This document shows positions 63,652 through 64,000 of a stretch of DNA of 64,000 bases, in pieces. Source of the DNA: Candidatus Latescibacterota bacterium (GTDB lineage Bacteria; Latescibacterota; UBA2968; UBA8231). Location of the stretch: contig OZ252098.1 in the NCBI GenBank assembly GCA_965248355.1, positions 64,001 to 128,000 of the forward strand, written 5' to 3'. Each line of letters starts with the position of its first letter. The first letter of the stretch is position 1. Under the pieces are notes generated by a model. That model ran no database searches. It was not told where the DNA came from and saw nothing but the letters and a program-made list of their open reading frames with translations. The translations under genes were made by a program, and so were the position numbers.

Positions 63652-64000
63652 TTCCTGCTGGCGGCCACGTTGTTCCTCAGCACGCCGATCTTCGAGATCT
63701 CGATCTCGACCCGGTCCCCGGGCTGGAGGAAGGTGCCGGTGGTGGCGCCGACGCCGGAGATCGTGCCCGTGCTGATGATGTCCCCCGGCTCCAGGGTGAT
63801 GATCGCCGAGATGTACTCGATGATGTCGGCCACGTGGTAGAGCATCTGGCCGGTGTTGTTGTGCTGCTTGCGCTCGCCGTTGACGAAGGTGCTGATGTCG
63901 AGGTCCTGGGGATTGCGGATCTCGTCGGTGGTGACCAGCCACGGCCCCTGGGGCGCCGCCGTGTCCAGCCACTTGCCGTTGAGCCAGTCGAACCACTCGT
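63648..64000 (-). CDS. Fumarylacetoacetate hydrolase family protein (5' part outside the window)
   Basis: GKWLDTAAPQGPWLVT, TLEPGDIISTGT and FLQPGDRVEIEI..IGVLRN. Confidence 0.9.
   Translation of the reverse strand, partial: EWFDWLNGKWLDTAAPQGPWLVTTDEIRNPQDLDISTFVNGERKQHNNTGQMLYHVADIIEYISAIITLEPGDIISTGTISGVGATTGTFLQPGDRVEIEISKIGVLRNNVAASRK

Overview
A GC-rich bacterial chromosomal window. The WD40/metalloprotease/T9SS-type-tail protein, SET protein, several PhyH genes and expanded ABC permeases suggest an FCB-type lineage such as Latescibacterota or Gemmatimonadota, possibly host- or sponge-associated (inference only). In order, it holds: an RND pump with its adaptor; a nitrilase/acetamidase pair; a divergent six-gene export locus (ABC ATPase and two permeases opposite a TolC-like protein and two paralogous hairpin/NEW3/TM proteins); dapBA; an AICAR transformylase-PhyH-purN operon; a lower-GC DUF4365-TPR gene broken by four IS elements (IS3, ISKra4-like, and IS256 with a nested IS5), reconstructable to ~637 aa; small catabolic genes; a ~1690-aa frameshifted metzincin-WD40-Ig protein; SET and metallophosphoesterase genes; a PiT-like transporter; an ABC pair; a form II-type cox/Mo-hydroxylase cluster with its maturation genes and moaA; a FolC-ATP-grasp fusion; and a transsulfuration enzyme, RraA, two MFS transporters and an FAH-family gene. 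The best candidates for undescribed biology are the TolC + twin NEW3 + ABC system and the FolC-ATP-grasp fusion. No rRNA, tRNA or CRISPR array was seen. All calls come from reading motifs by eye; no searches were run.
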